Below, one piece after another: positions 46,850 to 56,881 of a stretch of DNA of 64,000 nucleotides. The number at the start of each line of letters is the position of its first letter. Positions within the stretch are counted from its first letter, which is position 1. The stretch comes from Bacteroidales bacterium. GTDB lineage: Bacteria; Bacteroidota; Bacteroidia; Bacteroidales; UBA932. The translations under genes were made by a program, and so were the position numbers. A model generated the notes under the pieces. The model worked only from the letters and a program-made list of their open reading frames with translations. It was not told the origin of the DNA and ran no database searches. The stretch spans positions 3,618 to 67,617 of the forward strand of contig JAFZBF010000032.1 in NCBI GenBank assembly GCA_017561885.1. Direction: 5' to 3'.

Positions 46850-47491
46850 ATGATTCAGGCAACAGGTATAGAAAAGAGTTTCGGCGACCTCAAGGTCCTC
46901 AAAGGCATCGACTTCACGGCGGAAGACCGCGAAGTCATAAGCATCGTGGGCGCCAGCGGAGCGGGCAAAAGCACCCTGCTCCAAATCCTCGGTTCGCTCT
47001 ATGTGCCGGATGCCGGAAAAGTCTATATCGACGGGCAGGACATCTTCAGCCTGTCCGAGAAGGAGCTGGCCGACTTCCGCTGCCGCAAGATCGGTTTCGT
47101 GTTCCAGTTCCATCATCTGCTGCCCGAATTCACCGCTAAGGAGAACGTGATGATTCCGGCAATGATCGCCGGCCGCAAGGATCCTGAGCAGGCTGCAGCC
47201 CTTCTGGAAGAACTCGGACTGGGAGAGAGGCTCGACCACAAGCCTTCGCAGCTTTCCGGCGGAGAACAGCAGCGCGTAGCAGTTGCAAGAGCGCTGGTCA
47301 ATTCGCCTTCCGTAATATTCGCCGACGAGCCTTCCGGCAACCTGGACAGCAAGACACGCGAGGAGCTTCACAACCTTTTCTTCAAGATCAGGGATACCCA
47401 CGGAGTGACCTTCGTCATCGTTACCCACGACCGGGACCTGGCCCGTCTGAGCGACCGTTGCCTCGAAATGAGCGACGGCAGGTTCGTCTGA
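46850..47491 (+). CDS. ABC transporter ATP-binding protein (LolD/MacB-type)
   Basis: Walker [10 protein letters not shown], signature [15 protein letters not shown], Walker [12 protein letters not shown]. Confidence 0.85.
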   Translation: MIQATGIEKSFGDLKVLKGIDFTAEDREVISIVGASGAGKSTLLQILGSLYVPDAGKVYIDGQDIFSLSEKELADFRCRKIGFVFQFHHLLPEFTAKENVMIPAMIAGRKDPEQAAALLEELGLGERLDHKPSQLSGGEQQRVAVARALVNSPSVIFADEPSGNLDSKTREELHNLFFKIRDTHGVTFVIVTHDRDLARLSDRCLEMSDGRFV

Positions 47492-47495
47492 TTCC

Positions 47496-48920
47496 ATGAG
47501 CCTTCTCATCTCACTGCATTCTGCTGTCATCTCCAATCCATACAGGAGACTGGCCGCTCCTGTCGATTTCGAACTGTACGAAGGCGAGCACATCGCACTT
47601 GTAGGGGACAACGGCAGCGGCAAGAGCACGCTGATTTCCATGCTTGCCGGCGGATTCTATCTGAGGGAAGGAACTCTGCGTCACTGTCTGGGAGCCGAGA
47701 CCTACAAGGCGATGAAGGTCGTCCGCTTCAACGGAGCCTATGGTACCACCGAATTTCCATACTACTACCAGCAGCGCTGGCACGCATGCGAGAGGGAGAA
47801 CGGAGCGTCCGTGGCAGATCTGCTGTCACAGGAACCTGCGGCGGATGAAAGATGGCGGCAGGAACTCTACGACTTGCTTGGTTTGAGACCTCTTCTCGAC
47901 CGCACTATAATGGTCCTGTCTTCCGGGGAACTGCGTAGGTATCACCTGACGCGGGCATTGCTTTCGGCACCGAAGGTACTCGTCCTCGAGGCTCCCTTCA
48001 TAGGTCTGGATCCTGAAACGCGCGATCTGCTCTGCAGCCTGATGGAACTCGTATCCCAAAGGCTCGGCGTCAGCTTCATAATGAGTTTCACCGACCTTGA
48101 TATGGTGCCTCCGCTTGTGACGCACGTGTATTTCCTCCGGGACGGTGTGTGCTCGGCGAAGATGACACGCAACGAGGCTATGGCCCTCGGAACGACCGTG
48201 CATGAGCGCGTGCGGCAGCCTGACCTTTCATTTTTCAGCCACAGGGATGTGAGCTATGAAAACGCAGTCCTGATGAAAGACGTTGCCATCTCATACGGCG
48301 AACGGAAGGTTTTCTCCGGACTTGACTGGACTGTGCGCCGCGGTGAGGCATGGAATGTCACCGGACCCAACGGCAGCGGCAAAAGCACTCTGCTCAGTCT
48401 CGTCTGTGCAGACAACCCCAGGGCATATTCTCTCGACATCACCCTGTTCGATGTCCGCAGAGGAACCGGAGAAAGTATCTGGGATATCAAAAAGCATATA
48501 GGATATCTGTCCAGCGAAATGCACAGCGGTTTCAGTGACAATCTGCCGGCTGTCGAAGCGGTGGCCGGAGGATTCTATGAAGGCTATGCCGGAACAGGAC
48601 GCGACAGGACGGAGGAACTGGCGGCGGCCGATGCGCTGCTGAAAGTGTTCGGTGCAGGGAAACTTGCCGGCCGTATGTTTCAGACACTGTCAAGCGGTGA
48701 GCAGCGGCTGGTATTGCTGGCTCGTGCATTCGTCAAGAATCCTGACCTGTTGATTCTCGACGAGCCGTTCCAGGGGCTCGATCCTTCCCGCCGCGCCGTG
48801 GCGAAGTCCATAATCGAAAGTTTCTGCTCGGACAAGGACAGGACACTGCTGTTCGTCACCCATTTTCCTGAAGAATTGCCGAAGGTCATAGACCATACGC
48901 TGGAACTGCACGGAAACTGA
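47496..48920 (+). CDS. Tandem-domain ABC ATPase without a membrane domain (ModF-like)
   Basis: Two nucleotide-binding domains: GDNGSGKST/LSSGELRR and GPNGSGKST/LSSGEQRLVLLARAF. Confidence 0.75.
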   Translation: MSLLISLHSAVISNPYRRLAAPVDFELYEGEHIALVGDNGSGKSTLISMLAGGFYLREGTLRHCLGAETYKAMKVVRFNGAYGTTEFPYYYQQRWHACERENGASVADLLSQEPAADERWRQELYDLLGLRPLLDRTIMVLSSGELRRYHLTRALLSAPKVLVLEAPFIGLDPETRDLLCSLMELVSQRLGVSFIMSFTDLDMVPPLVTHVYFLRDGVCSAKMTRNEAMALGTTVHERVRQPDLSFFSHRDVSYENAVLMKDVAISYGERKVFSGLDWTVRRGEAWNVTGPNGSGKSTLLSLVCADNPRAYSLDITLFDVRRGTGESIWDIKKHIGYLSSEMHSGFSDNLPAVEAVAGGFYEGYAGTGRDRTEELAAADALLKVFGAGKLAGRMFQTLSSGEQRLVLLARAFVKNPDLLILDEPFQGLDPSRRAVAKSIIESFCSDKDRTLLFVTHFPEELPKVIDHTLELHGN

Positions 48921-49038
48921 TTTTTCCTGTTTTATCGTTTGCAATCGTTGTTTTTTCTTGTTAGCTTTACAAGGAATATAGGCTTTTTCTGAATTTCTTA
49001 ATCCAATCAATAAACAAACCTTATATAATCTTAAAATC

Positions 49039-50412
49039 ATGACCAATATTTCTAGACGTAAGTTCTTGAAGAGCACCGCTTTGACAGGAGCGGGCCTGAT
49101 CGTGGCCCCTTCAATTGTGCCTTCCCACGTTTTCGGCGCAAACGCTCCTTCAGAGAAAATCAATGTCGGTGCCATCGGTACCGGACGCCAGAGCCAGGGC
49201 TTCGATATGCCCGGCATCATGAAGTTCGAGCAGGCTAACATGCTTGCAGTCTGCGACCTCGATGCCCATCGTGCTCAGGATGTCAAGACCCTCGTGAAGA
49301 ATTTCTACGAGCGCAGAGGCTGGAACCGCCCCGAGGCAATCGTTTATGCCGACTATGAAGATCTTCTTGCAAACAAGGACATCGATGCTGTCGTAGTCTG
49401 CACTCCTGACCACTGGCACGCAAAGATTGCTATCGACGCAGTCCGCGCAGGCAAGGATATCTATCTTGAGAAACCGACTTCCCTCACTGTCGAGGAAGGC
49501 CGTCTGATGAGTAACGCAGTCAACGCTTCCGGCCGCGTGTTCCAGCTCGGATCACAGCAGCGTTCAGGCGAACAGTTCCGTATGGCCTGCGAGTTCGTGC
49601 GCAGCGGCCGTATCGGCAAGCTCAAACTCGTCGAGGTCCGTCTCCCCGGTGACCCGGCAGGTGGAAACACTCAGGAGATGCCTGTTCCCGCAGGATTCAA
49701 CTATGAGAAATGGCTCGGCTCTACTCCTTACGTCTACTATACCGAAGACCGTGTACACCCTCAGCAGGGTTACGGCCGTCCGGGCTGGCTCCGCTGCGAG
49801 CAGTTCGGTGCCGGTATGATCACCGGATGGGGCGTGCACCACTTCGACATCGCCCACTGGGGTATGGGTACAGAGTACAGCGGTCCCGTCGAGGTTTACG
49901 GCGAGGCTGAATTCGCTGACAGCGGCCTCTGGGACGTTCACGGCGACTATCACACCGAGATGAGGTATGCCAACGACGTTATCGTAAGAGGCTGCACCGA
50001 CTCACGCGAGAAACCCAACGGTATCTACTTCGAGGGTACCGACGGCTGGATCTTCGTATGCCGCGGCAACTACACCGTTCTTCCCAGCGATCCGAAGATG
50101 AATACATCAAGTTCTGCGCTGCAGGCATCAAGGCCTGAAATCATTACCGAACCTCTCGGAGAGAACGAAGTTCACCTCTACAAGAGCGAAGACCAGCACG
50201 GCAACTTCCTGGATTGCGTCAAGAGCCGCGCCCTCACCGTATCGCCGGCCGAGGTCGCTCACCGTTCGTGCGCTGTCTGCCTGCTGCAGTTCATCGCAAT
50301 GCACCTCCACAGGAAACTCTACTGGGATCCTATCAAGGAAAGATTCATCAACGACGACGAGGCCAACTCGATGCTGTCTCGTCCTATGCGTGCACCGTAT
50401 AACATCGTATAG
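49039..50412 (+). CDS. Tat-exported Gfo/Idh/MocA family oxidoreductase
   Basis: Twin-arginine signal ISRRKFLKSTALTGAGLIVAPS. Rossmann start INVGAIGTGRQ. VVVCTPDHWH and EKP motifs typical of Gfo/Idh/MocA. Confidence 0.85.
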   Translation: MTNISRRKFLKSTALTGAGLIVAPSIVPSHVFGANAPSEKINVGAIGTGRQSQGFDMPGIMKFEQANMLAVCDLDAHRAQDVKTLVKNFYERRGWNRPEAIVYADYEDLLANKDIDAVVVCTPDHWHAKIAIDAVRAGKDIYLEKPTSLTVEEGRLMSNAVNASGRVFQLGSQQRSGEQFRMACEFVRSGRIGKLKLVEVRLPGDPAGGNTQEMPVPAGFNYEKWLGSTPYVYYTEDRVHPQQGYGRPGWLRCEQFGAGMITGWGVHHFDIAHWGMGTEYSGPVEVYGEAEFADSGLWDVHGDYHTEMRYANDVIVRGCTDSREKPNGIYFEGTDGWIFVCRGNYTVLPSDPKMNTSSSALQASRPEIITEPLGENEVHLYKSEDQHGNFLDCVKSRALTVSPAEVAHRSCAVCLLQFIAMHLHRKLYWDPIKERFINDDEANSMLSRPMRAPYNIV

Positions 50413-50414
50413 CT

Positions 50415-51653
50415 ATGAAAATCAAAGTTCTCTTACTTGCGCTTTTCATCCCGATGCTCTCATTCGGGGCATCGCTGAACATATCTGTCAATGCAGGCAA
50501 GTACGAACGTACCGACTGCGTTGTTTCGGCAGACATCTCCGGTCTCAAGCTTAAGGCCAATTCTGCCGTCGAACTCTATGAAACTACCAGCGGCGGAGAG
50601 GTGGCTACCCCTTGCCAGGTTGTCATCGACGGAAAAAAGGCTGAACTTTTCTTCGTCCTCAGCGGTGACACGGGTCCCGGACAGGTCCGCACCTATGTCG
50701 CCAAGAAGGTGAAGGCCAAGAAGGGCCTTCCGGTAAACAAGATGACTGCGACGATGGATTCCAAGGCCGTACTCCTCAAGAAAGGCGGCAAGGATGTCCT
50801 GAAGTACAACTTCGCAATCAACCAGTCTCCGGAAGGCGTCGATCCTATCTTCAACCGCGGAGGTTACATCCATCCCGCATACACTCCTTCAGGCTTCGTG
50901 CTTACCAACATCCAGCCCGCCGACCACCGTCATCATTACGGTATCTGGAATCCTTGGACCAAACTGATGTACGACGGCCAGGTATATGACTGCTGGAATC
51001 TTATCGAGCGTCAGGGTACAGTCCGTCCCGAGGCCGTCGAGGCCTTGTACGAAGGTGACGTGTTCTCCGGTTTCAACGCATCCTTGAACCACATCGTATT
51101 TACAGATGCAGGAGAGAGGACGGCCATGCACGAAATATGGAAGGTGAAGGTCTACAATGTAGGCGACGGTTATCTCTGGGATTTCGAGTCGGAACTGACT
51201 CCGGGCGGCAAGCCTGTCACTCTGAAGGAGTACCGCTATGCAGGACTCGGCTTCCGTGCCAATGCAGTATGGACCAAGGATAATGTAGAGATGATGAGCT
51301 CTGAAGGAAAGACCCGTCAGTATATCGACAACACCACCGGCCGCTGGATGTATGCCAACGGAGGTACGGGTGTCGGCAGCAACGTGGCCGGTCTGCTTTA
51401 TATGTGCCATCCGGACGACTACAACTATCCCGAACCTATCCGTATCTGGAACGAGCAGCAGAACGGTGGCCGCGGAGACGTCTATATGAACTTCGTTCCT
51501 ACGAAGAACAAAGACTGGAAACTCAAGGCCAACAAGACTTATACCCTCAAGTACAGGTTCTATGCTTATGACGGTATGATGACTCCCACCAAGGCCGAGA
51601 AGATCTGGAGGGATTTCGGAGAACCGCCGATTGTAAAAGTATCAAAGAAGTAA
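50415..51653 (+). CDS. Exported PmoA-like / DUF6807-like protein (tentative)
   Basis: Signal peptide MKIKVLLLALFIPMLSFGAS. The block GGYIHPAYTPSGFVLTNIQPADHRHHYGIWNPW resembles the family usually found beside Gfo/Idh/MocA genes. It starts 2 nt after the upstream stop. Confidence 0.5.
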   Translation: MKIKVLLLALFIPMLSFGASLNISVNAGKYERTDCVVSADISGLKLKANSAVELYETTSGGEVATPCQVVIDGKKAELFFVLSGDTGPGQVRTYVAKKVKAKKGLPVNKMTATMDSKAVLLKKGGKDVLKYNFAINQSPEGVDPIFNRGGYIHPAYTPSGFVLTNIQPADHRHHYGIWNPWTKLMYDGQVYDCWNLIERQGTVRPEAVEALYEGDVFSGFNASLNHIVFTDAGERTAMHEIWKVKVYNVGDGYLWDFESELTPGGKPVTLKEYRYAGLGFRANAVWTKDNVEMMSSEGKTRQYIDNTTGRWMYANGGTGVGSNVAGLLYMCHPDDYNYPEPIRIWNEQQNGGRGDVYMNFVPTKNKDWKLKANKTYTLKYRFYAYDGMMTPTKAEKIWRDFGEPPIVKVSKK

Positions 51654-51654
51654 T

Positions 51655-53016
51655 ATGAGAAAAGCTATCCTTTTAACAGCATCACTCGCAGTCGTGCTTA
51701 TGGCAGGCGCTTGCAAAGAGAAAGGACCGAAGCAGGTGGTCATCGCCACTCTCGATCCCGGCCATTTCCACGCTGCTCTCGTTCAGAAGACATCCTATCC
51801 CCAGGTAAGCCAGGACGTTTACGTCTATTCCAACCCCGGTGCGGATCTGCAGGAACATCTCGCCAAGATCGAGGCATACAACACACGCGCGGAAAACCCC
51901 ACTTCGTGGAACGAAATAGTCTATACCGGCCCTGATTTCCTTGAGAAGATGATCTCCGACGGCAAGGCCAATGTGATGGTAACTGCGGGCAACAACCTCA
52001 AGAAGACCGAATACATCAAGAAGACTCTGGCGGCAGGCATCAACGTGCTTGCCGACAAGCCTATGGCCATCAATCCGGAGAACTTCGAGATGCTGAAGGA
52101 ATGTTTCAGGATCGCCAATCAGAAGAATGTCCTGCTGTATGACATCATGACCGAACGTCACGAGATCACTACCATCCTCCAGCGCGAGCTTTCCCTGATT
52201 CCTGAAATCTACGGACAGCAGGAGAAGGGTACTCCTGAGAATCCCGGCATAACCATGGAAAGCGTGCACCACTTCTACAAGGAAGTTTCCGGCAAGCCCA
52301 ACATTCGTCCCGCATGGTTCTATGACGTAGAACAGCAGGGCGAGGCTATCGTGGACGTGACCACACACCTTGTGGATCTTGTCCAGTGGCAGTGCTATCC
52401 GGACCAGATCCTCAGTCCTTCCGATGTGAAGATAACTTCTGCAAGACACTGGCCGACACCTCTGACTCTTGCCCAGTTCCAGGCTTCAACAGGTCTTGAC
52501 AGCTATCCTGAATTCCTTATGAAGGATGTCAGGGACGGCGTCCTGGAAGTTTACCAGAACGGAGAGATCAACTATCAGTTGAAAGGCCTGAATGCTTCAG
52601 TAACCGCTCTCTGGAACTATCAGGCTCCTGAAGGCGGCGGCGATACCCACTACTGCGAGATGCGCGGTACCAAGGCTAATGTCACAATCCGTCAGACTGC
52701 CGAGCAGAACTGGAAACCCGAGCTTTATATCGAGGCAGTCAATCCTGCTGCAGGATATGAAGATGCCCTCAATGCGAAGTTCGCCGAGCTCGAGAAGAAC
52801 TATCCCGGCATCAAGCTGGAGAAGATGGCTGACAATGCCTGGCACGTGTTTGTTCCGGATTCATACCGCAACGGCCACGAGGCCCATTTTGGCCAGGTTA
52901 CCGAGAATTTCCTGAAATACTTTGATGAAGGCAAGCTTCCTGACTGGGAACAGCCTAATATGATTACCAAGTATTACACTACTACCGAAGCATACAAGAT
53001 TGCAAACAGTCAGTAG
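51655..53016 (+). CDS. Lipoprotein-type putative oxidoreductase (Gfo/Idh/MocA-related, DPGHFHA type)
   Basis: Lipobox MRKAILLTASLAVVLMAGACKEK. VVIATLDPGHFHAALVQ N-terminus and VLADKPMA. It starts 1 nt after the upstream stop. Confidence 0.55.
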   Translation: MRKAILLTASLAVVLMAGACKEKGPKQVVIATLDPGHFHAALVQKTSYPQVSQDVYVYSNPGADLQEHLAKIEAYNTRAENPTSWNEIVYTGPDFLEKMISDGKANVMVTAGNNLKKTEYIKKTLAAGINVLADKPMAINPENFEMLKECFRIANQKNVLLYDIMTERHEITTILQRELSLIPEIYGQQEKGTPENPGITMESVHHFYKEVSGKPNIRPAWFYDVEQQGEAIVDVTTHLVDLVQWQCYPDQILSPSDVKITSARHWPTPLTLAQFQASTGLDSYPEFLMKDVRDGVLEVYQNGEINYQLKGLNASVTALWNYQAPEGGGDTHYCEMRGTKANVTIRQTAEQNWKPELYIEAVNPAAGYEDALNAKFAELEKNYPGIKLEKMADNAWHVFVPDSYRNGHEAHFGQVTENFLKYFDEGKLPDWEQPNMITKYYTTTEAYKIANSQ

Positions 53017-53038
53017 CCGGTACTGATACGAATAAAGA

Positions 53039-53069
53039 GAGAGACCTTGAAAAAGGTCTCTTTTTTTGT
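53039..53069 (+). terminator. Rho-independent terminator after the oxidoreductase trio
   Basis: AGAGACC (53041..53047) pairs with GGTCTCT (53056..53062), followed by a T7 run. Confidence 0.75.
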
Positions 53070-53124
53070 CTTCAAATTCATATTAATCCGCAAAAATTCA
53101 TACATTTGCAGGCTAAAGCATTCA

Positions 53125-54051
53125 ATGGCGATGGAACAAGTCAAATGTCTTATCATAGGCAGCGGCCCGGCAGGTTACACTGCTGCGATCTATGCGGCGA
53201 GAGCAGGTCTGGCTCCTGTCGTCATTGAAGGCATACAGCCCGGAGGCCAGCTTACTGCAACCACGGAGGTTGAGAATTTCCCCGGCTATCCCGACGGTGT
53301 TGATGCCAATGAGATGATGGAGGATATCCGCCGTCAGGCCCAGCGTTTCGGGACTGATATCCGCACCGGTATAGTTACCGCCGTAGATTTTTCTCGCAGG
53401 CCTTTCGCTGTAGAGGTTGACGGAAAACCGGCATTCGAAGCAGAAGCTGTTATCATCGCAACGGGCGCTTCAGCCAAGTATCTCGGGCTCGAAAGCGAGA
53501 AGAAGTTCCGCGGGATGGGCGTCTCAGCGTGCGCGACCTGCGACGGCTTCTTCTACCGCAAGAAGGTTGTGGCCGTGGTGGGCGGCGGAGATACCGCCTG
53601 CGAAGAAGCATCTTATCTGGCATCCCTCTGCAGCAAGGTGTATATGATAGTCCGCCGCAACGAGCTGCGCGCCACCAGGGCTATGCAGGAGAAGGTTCTG
53701 GGCACTGAAAACATAGAAATACTCTGGGAATGCCAGACGAAGGAGGTGCTCGGCGATGAGACAGGAGTCAACGGAGTGAGGCTTGTACGCAAGAACGGTG
53801 AAGAATTCGATGTGGCGGTTGACGGATTTTTCCTGGCTATCGGCCATCATCCCAATTCAGATATTTTCAAGGAATGGATCGAGACGGACGGTCAGGGCTA
53901 TATCGTTACGGAACCGGGTACTTCAGCTACAAGTGTCGAAGGCGTCTTTGCCGCAGGTGACGTGATGGACAGCAGATACCGTCAGGCTGTGGTCGCGGCG
54001 GGAAGCGGGTGCAAGGCTGCGATGGATTTGGAGAAATTTTTAAAAAAGTAG
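53125..54051 (+). CDS. trxB: Thioredoxin-disulfide reductase
   Basis: FAD motif IIGSGPAGYTAAIYA, redox-active CATCDG, NADPH motif VVGGGDTACEEA. I prefer the start at 53125 (MAMEQVK); the track ORF starts at 53047, inside the terminator. Confidence 0.93.
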   Translation: MAMEQVKCLIIGSGPAGYTAAIYAARAGLAPVVIEGIQPGGQLTATTEVENFPGYPDGVDANEMMEDIRRQAQRFGTDIRTGIVTAVDFSRRPFAVEVDGKPAFEAEAVIIATGASAKYLGLESEKKFRGMGVSACATCDGFFYRKKVVAVVGGGDTACEEASYLASLCSKVYMIVRRNELRATRAMQEKVLGTENIEILWECQTKEVLGDETGVNGVRLVRKNGEEFDVAVDGFFLAIGHHPNSDIFKEWIETDGQGYIVTEPGTSATSVEGVFAAGDVMDSRYRQAVVAAGSGCKAAMDLEKFLKK

Positions 54052-54099
54052 CGGGAATGGCTTGTTATTTGCCGTACCGGCGCTTTTAAAACGATTTGA

Positions 54100-54900
54100 A
54101 TGAAAGCGAGAACGATCATAATTTCCGTATGCATCATACTGGTGGCTGCATCCTGCGCTACCGAGTATGACAAGCTGCTCAAGGGTCACGACGTGCCTGC
54201 CAAATATGCAAAAGCATTCGAGTTGTATGAAAGCGGAAAATACAGCAAAGCCGCCGAGATGTTCGAATCCCTGTCGATTGCGACCAAGGGTACTGCGCAG
54301 GACGACACCGTTGAGTTCTACTGGGCGATGAGCAACTATATGTTCAAGGATTACGTAACTGCCCAGAGCAATTTCTCCGAATTCATTTCTGTATTTCCCC
54401 TCAGCCCTTTTACAGAGCAGGCCCGTTTCCTCTATATCGACTGCCTGTACAAGAGCACTTACCGGTATGAACTGGACCAGGTCCCGACATACAACGCTCT
54501 TACGGAGATTTATCGCTATATGACGCTCTATCCCAACAGCAAATATCTGGATGACTGCATCCGGATGAGAGATGATCTCGAAGAGCGCCTTGACAAGAAA
54601 GCGTTCGAAGCGGCCCACCTCTACTATCATATGGAGGACTACCTGGCCGCCCATTATGCATTGAAGAACGTACTGAAGGAAGATGCCGAGAACAGATACC
54701 GCGAAGAAATCCTCTATTTCATCGCTATGTCTGCATATAAATATGCGGACAACAGCGTCCCGGAGAAGAGACATGAAAGATACCTGTCATTCGTAGACGA
54801 CTACTATAACTTTGTGAGCGAGTACCCTGAAAGCAAGCATCGTCGCGAACTTGACAACATATACGCAAGAGTAAACAGAATAGTAAAAAGGATAGACTAA
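54100..54900 (+). CDS. bamD: Outer membrane protein assembly factor BamD (TPR lipoprotein)
   Basis: Lipobox MKARTIIISVCIILVAASCA. TPR-like repeats. 266 aa. It occupies the conserved position upstream of rpoZ in Bacteroidetes. Confidence 0.8.
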   Translation: MKARTIIISVCIILVAASCATEYDKLLKGHDVPAKYAKAFELYESGKYSKAAEMFESLSIATKGTAQDDTVEFYWAMSNYMFKDYVTAQSNFSEFISVFPLSPFTEQARFLYIDCLYKSTYRYELDQVPTYNALTEIYRYMTLYPNSKYLDDCIRMRDDLEERLDKKAFEAAHLYYHMEDYLAAHYALKNVLKEDAENRYREEILYFIAMSAYKYADNSVPEKRHERYLSFVDDYYNFVSEYPESKHRRELDNIYARVNRIVKRID

Positions 54901-54902
54901 AA

Positions 54903-55226
54903 ATGGAAGTTAAGAAACAGGCCGTCGTAAACAACACGATAACCAGGGAATTGGCTGATATTGCAGCCCCTACAGGCAATATCTACGAATCAACCGTAAT
55001 CATTGCAAAAAGAGCGAACCAGATTGCTGCAGACCTCAAGCAGGAACTGAGCAAGAAGCTCGAAGAATTCTCAAATTATGCCGATACTCTGGAAGAAACT
55101 TTCGAGAACAGGGAGCAGATTGAGATTTCCCGTTACTATGAAAGGCTCCCGAAACCTGCATTGACTGCAATCAAGGAATTCCAGGAAGGCAAGGTATTCT
55201 ACAGAAAAGCAGAGTCGCAGCAGTAG
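54903..55226 (+). CDS. rpoZ: DNA-directed RNA polymerase subunit omega (Bacteroidetes type)
   Basis: 107 aa. NIYESTVIIAKRANQIA core. It follows bamD by 2 nt. Confidence 0.65.
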   Translation: MEVKKQAVVNNTITRELADIAAPTGNIYESTVIIAKRANQIAADLKQELSKKLEEFSNYADTLEETFENREQIEISRYYERLPKPALTAIKEFQEGKVFYRKAESQQ

Positions 55227-55231
55227 TACCT

Positions 55232-56848
55232 ATGCTGGAGCGGCTGACCATAAACAATTATGCATTGATAGATGCTTTGGATATCTCTTTTCCAAAGCAT
55301 CTTGTAATTATAACGGGTCAGACCGGTGCCGGAAAATCTATCTTGCTTGGAGCCTTGTCGCTGCTTCTGGGGGCCAGGGCTGATGCGGATGTGATTTGCG
55401 ACAGCAGCCGCAACTGTGTGGTCGAGGCCCAGTTCATCGATGATGCCGGAAACGAGAGGATAGTCCGTCGCGTCGTAACGCCGCAAGGCCGCTCGAGGGC
55501 GTTCATCGACGATATGCCGGTTCCGCTTGATGAGTTGAAGAAACTGACATACTCATTTGTCGACATACATTCCCAGAACAGTCAGACATTGCTTGGCGAC
55601 GGGGCGTTCCAGCTTGAGGTGCTGGATGCGTTTGCGGGCAATTCTGCCCTTGTCGGCGATTATAAGGCATCATACAGGCGTTTCCGCTCTCTTGCCAGGG
55701 AAAGAGACGATCTGGAACAGCAGGTCTCCCAGAGTCAAAAGAACCGCGATTATCTGCAATATCAGTTTGACCAGCTGCAGAAGGCCGGCCTTGAGCCGGG
55801 GGAACTTGAGTTCCTGGAAAAAGAGCAGCTGGAACTTTCGAATGCAGAAGATCTCAAGACCTCCCTTCAGACTGCCCTGAAAGCTTTGGACAATGAGCAG
55901 TCTGACGTCCAGACTGCACTTAAGGAGGCTTGTTCCAATGTCTCCAAGGCGGCCAGGGTGGTAGAGCGGCTGGAGCCTCTGGTAAAGCGGCTTGAATCTG
56001 CCCGTATTGAATTGAAGGACATCGAGCAGGAGATAGATGCAGAGCAGGAGAGAATAACGGTGGACGATGTCCGGCTGGCTGCAGTGGAGGACCGGATGAC
56101 CCAGATATACGATCTTATGCGCAAGCACGGGGTTGATGGAGTCGACGGGCTTCTGGCGTTGAAAGACAGCTTTCAGGCCAGTCTGCAGGAGGAGGATGAC
56201 CTCAGGGAACGTCTTTCAGATGTAAAAAGGCAGCTTGCCGAAACTGAAGCTGAATGCTCGGCACTGTCGGAATGTCTCCACAGGGCAAGGGTAGATGCGG
56301 TTCCGAAACTCGCAGCAGAACTGCAGGAGTCGATCAGGGGGCTCGAGCTTCCTTTCGCTACGTTCGAAATACAGGTGTCAGCTCTTCCTGAGAGAGGCTC
56401 TTCAGGTGCGGATGATGTCATATTCCTGTTTTCTTCAGCCGGCGGCGACAGGCCTAAGGAACTTTCCAAAGTTGCATCAGGAGGCGAACTGTCGCGCATA
56501 ATGCTCTGCATAAAGGCTCTTATGGCCCAGTATATGAAGCTGCCGACCATAATATTCGATGAGATAGACGCCGGTGTTTCCGGAAGCGTGGCTGACAAGA
56601 TGGGGCAGATGATCGTGAAAATGGGAGAGGCCATGCAGGTGATTGCCATAACCCATCTTCCGCAGGTCGCCAGCAAAGGAAATGCTCATTTCCTGGTTTA
56701 CAAGGAATTCGATGATGACAGAGTCGCATCTTCAAAGATAAAACTGATAGAAGGGGAGGAAAGGGTCCGCGAGATCGCAAGGATGCTGAGCGGACAGAAT
56801 CTTACAGACGAGGCGCTTGCCAACGCAAGGGTGCTTCTTGGACAATGA
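55232..56848 (+). CDS. recN: DNA repair protein RecN
   Basis: N-terminal Walker A ITGQTGAGKSILLGAL, long coiled-coil middle, C-terminal ASGGELSRIMLCIK and IFDEIDAGVSG. Confidence 0.92.
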   Translation: MLERLTINNYALIDALDISFPKHLVIITGQTGAGKSILLGALSLLLGARADADVICDSSRNCVVEAQFIDDAGNERIVRRVVTPQGRSRAFIDDMPVPLDELKKLTYSFVDIHSQNSQTLLGDGAFQLEVLDAFAGNSALVGDYKASYRRFRSLARERDDLEQQVSQSQKNRDYLQYQFDQLQKAGLEPGELEFLEKEQLELSNAEDLKTSLQTALKALDNEQSDVQTALKEACSNVSKAARVVERLEPLVKRLESARIELKDIEQEIDAEQERITVDDVRLAAVEDRMTQIYDLMRKHGVDGVDGLLALKDSFQASLQEEDDLRERLSDVKRQLAETEAECSALSECLHRARVDAVPKLAAELQESIRGLELPFATFEIQVSALPERGSSGADDVIFLFSSAGGDRPKELSKVASGGELSRIMLCIKALMAQYMKLPTIIFDEIDAGVSGSVADKMGQMIVKMGEAMQVIAITHLPQVASKGNAHFLVYKEFDDDRVASSKIKLIEGEERVREIARMLSGQNLTDEALANARVLLGQ

Positions 56849-56881
56849 ATGTTATACTAAAACCATTAATAATTACTAATT

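Noticed and set aside
44766-46862. Minus-strand ORFs of 301 aa (44766..45671) and 312 aa (45924..46862)
   Set aside because: They are antisense to priA, which has Walker A, a DEEH box and the Cys-rich zinc region. I treated them as shadow ORFs.
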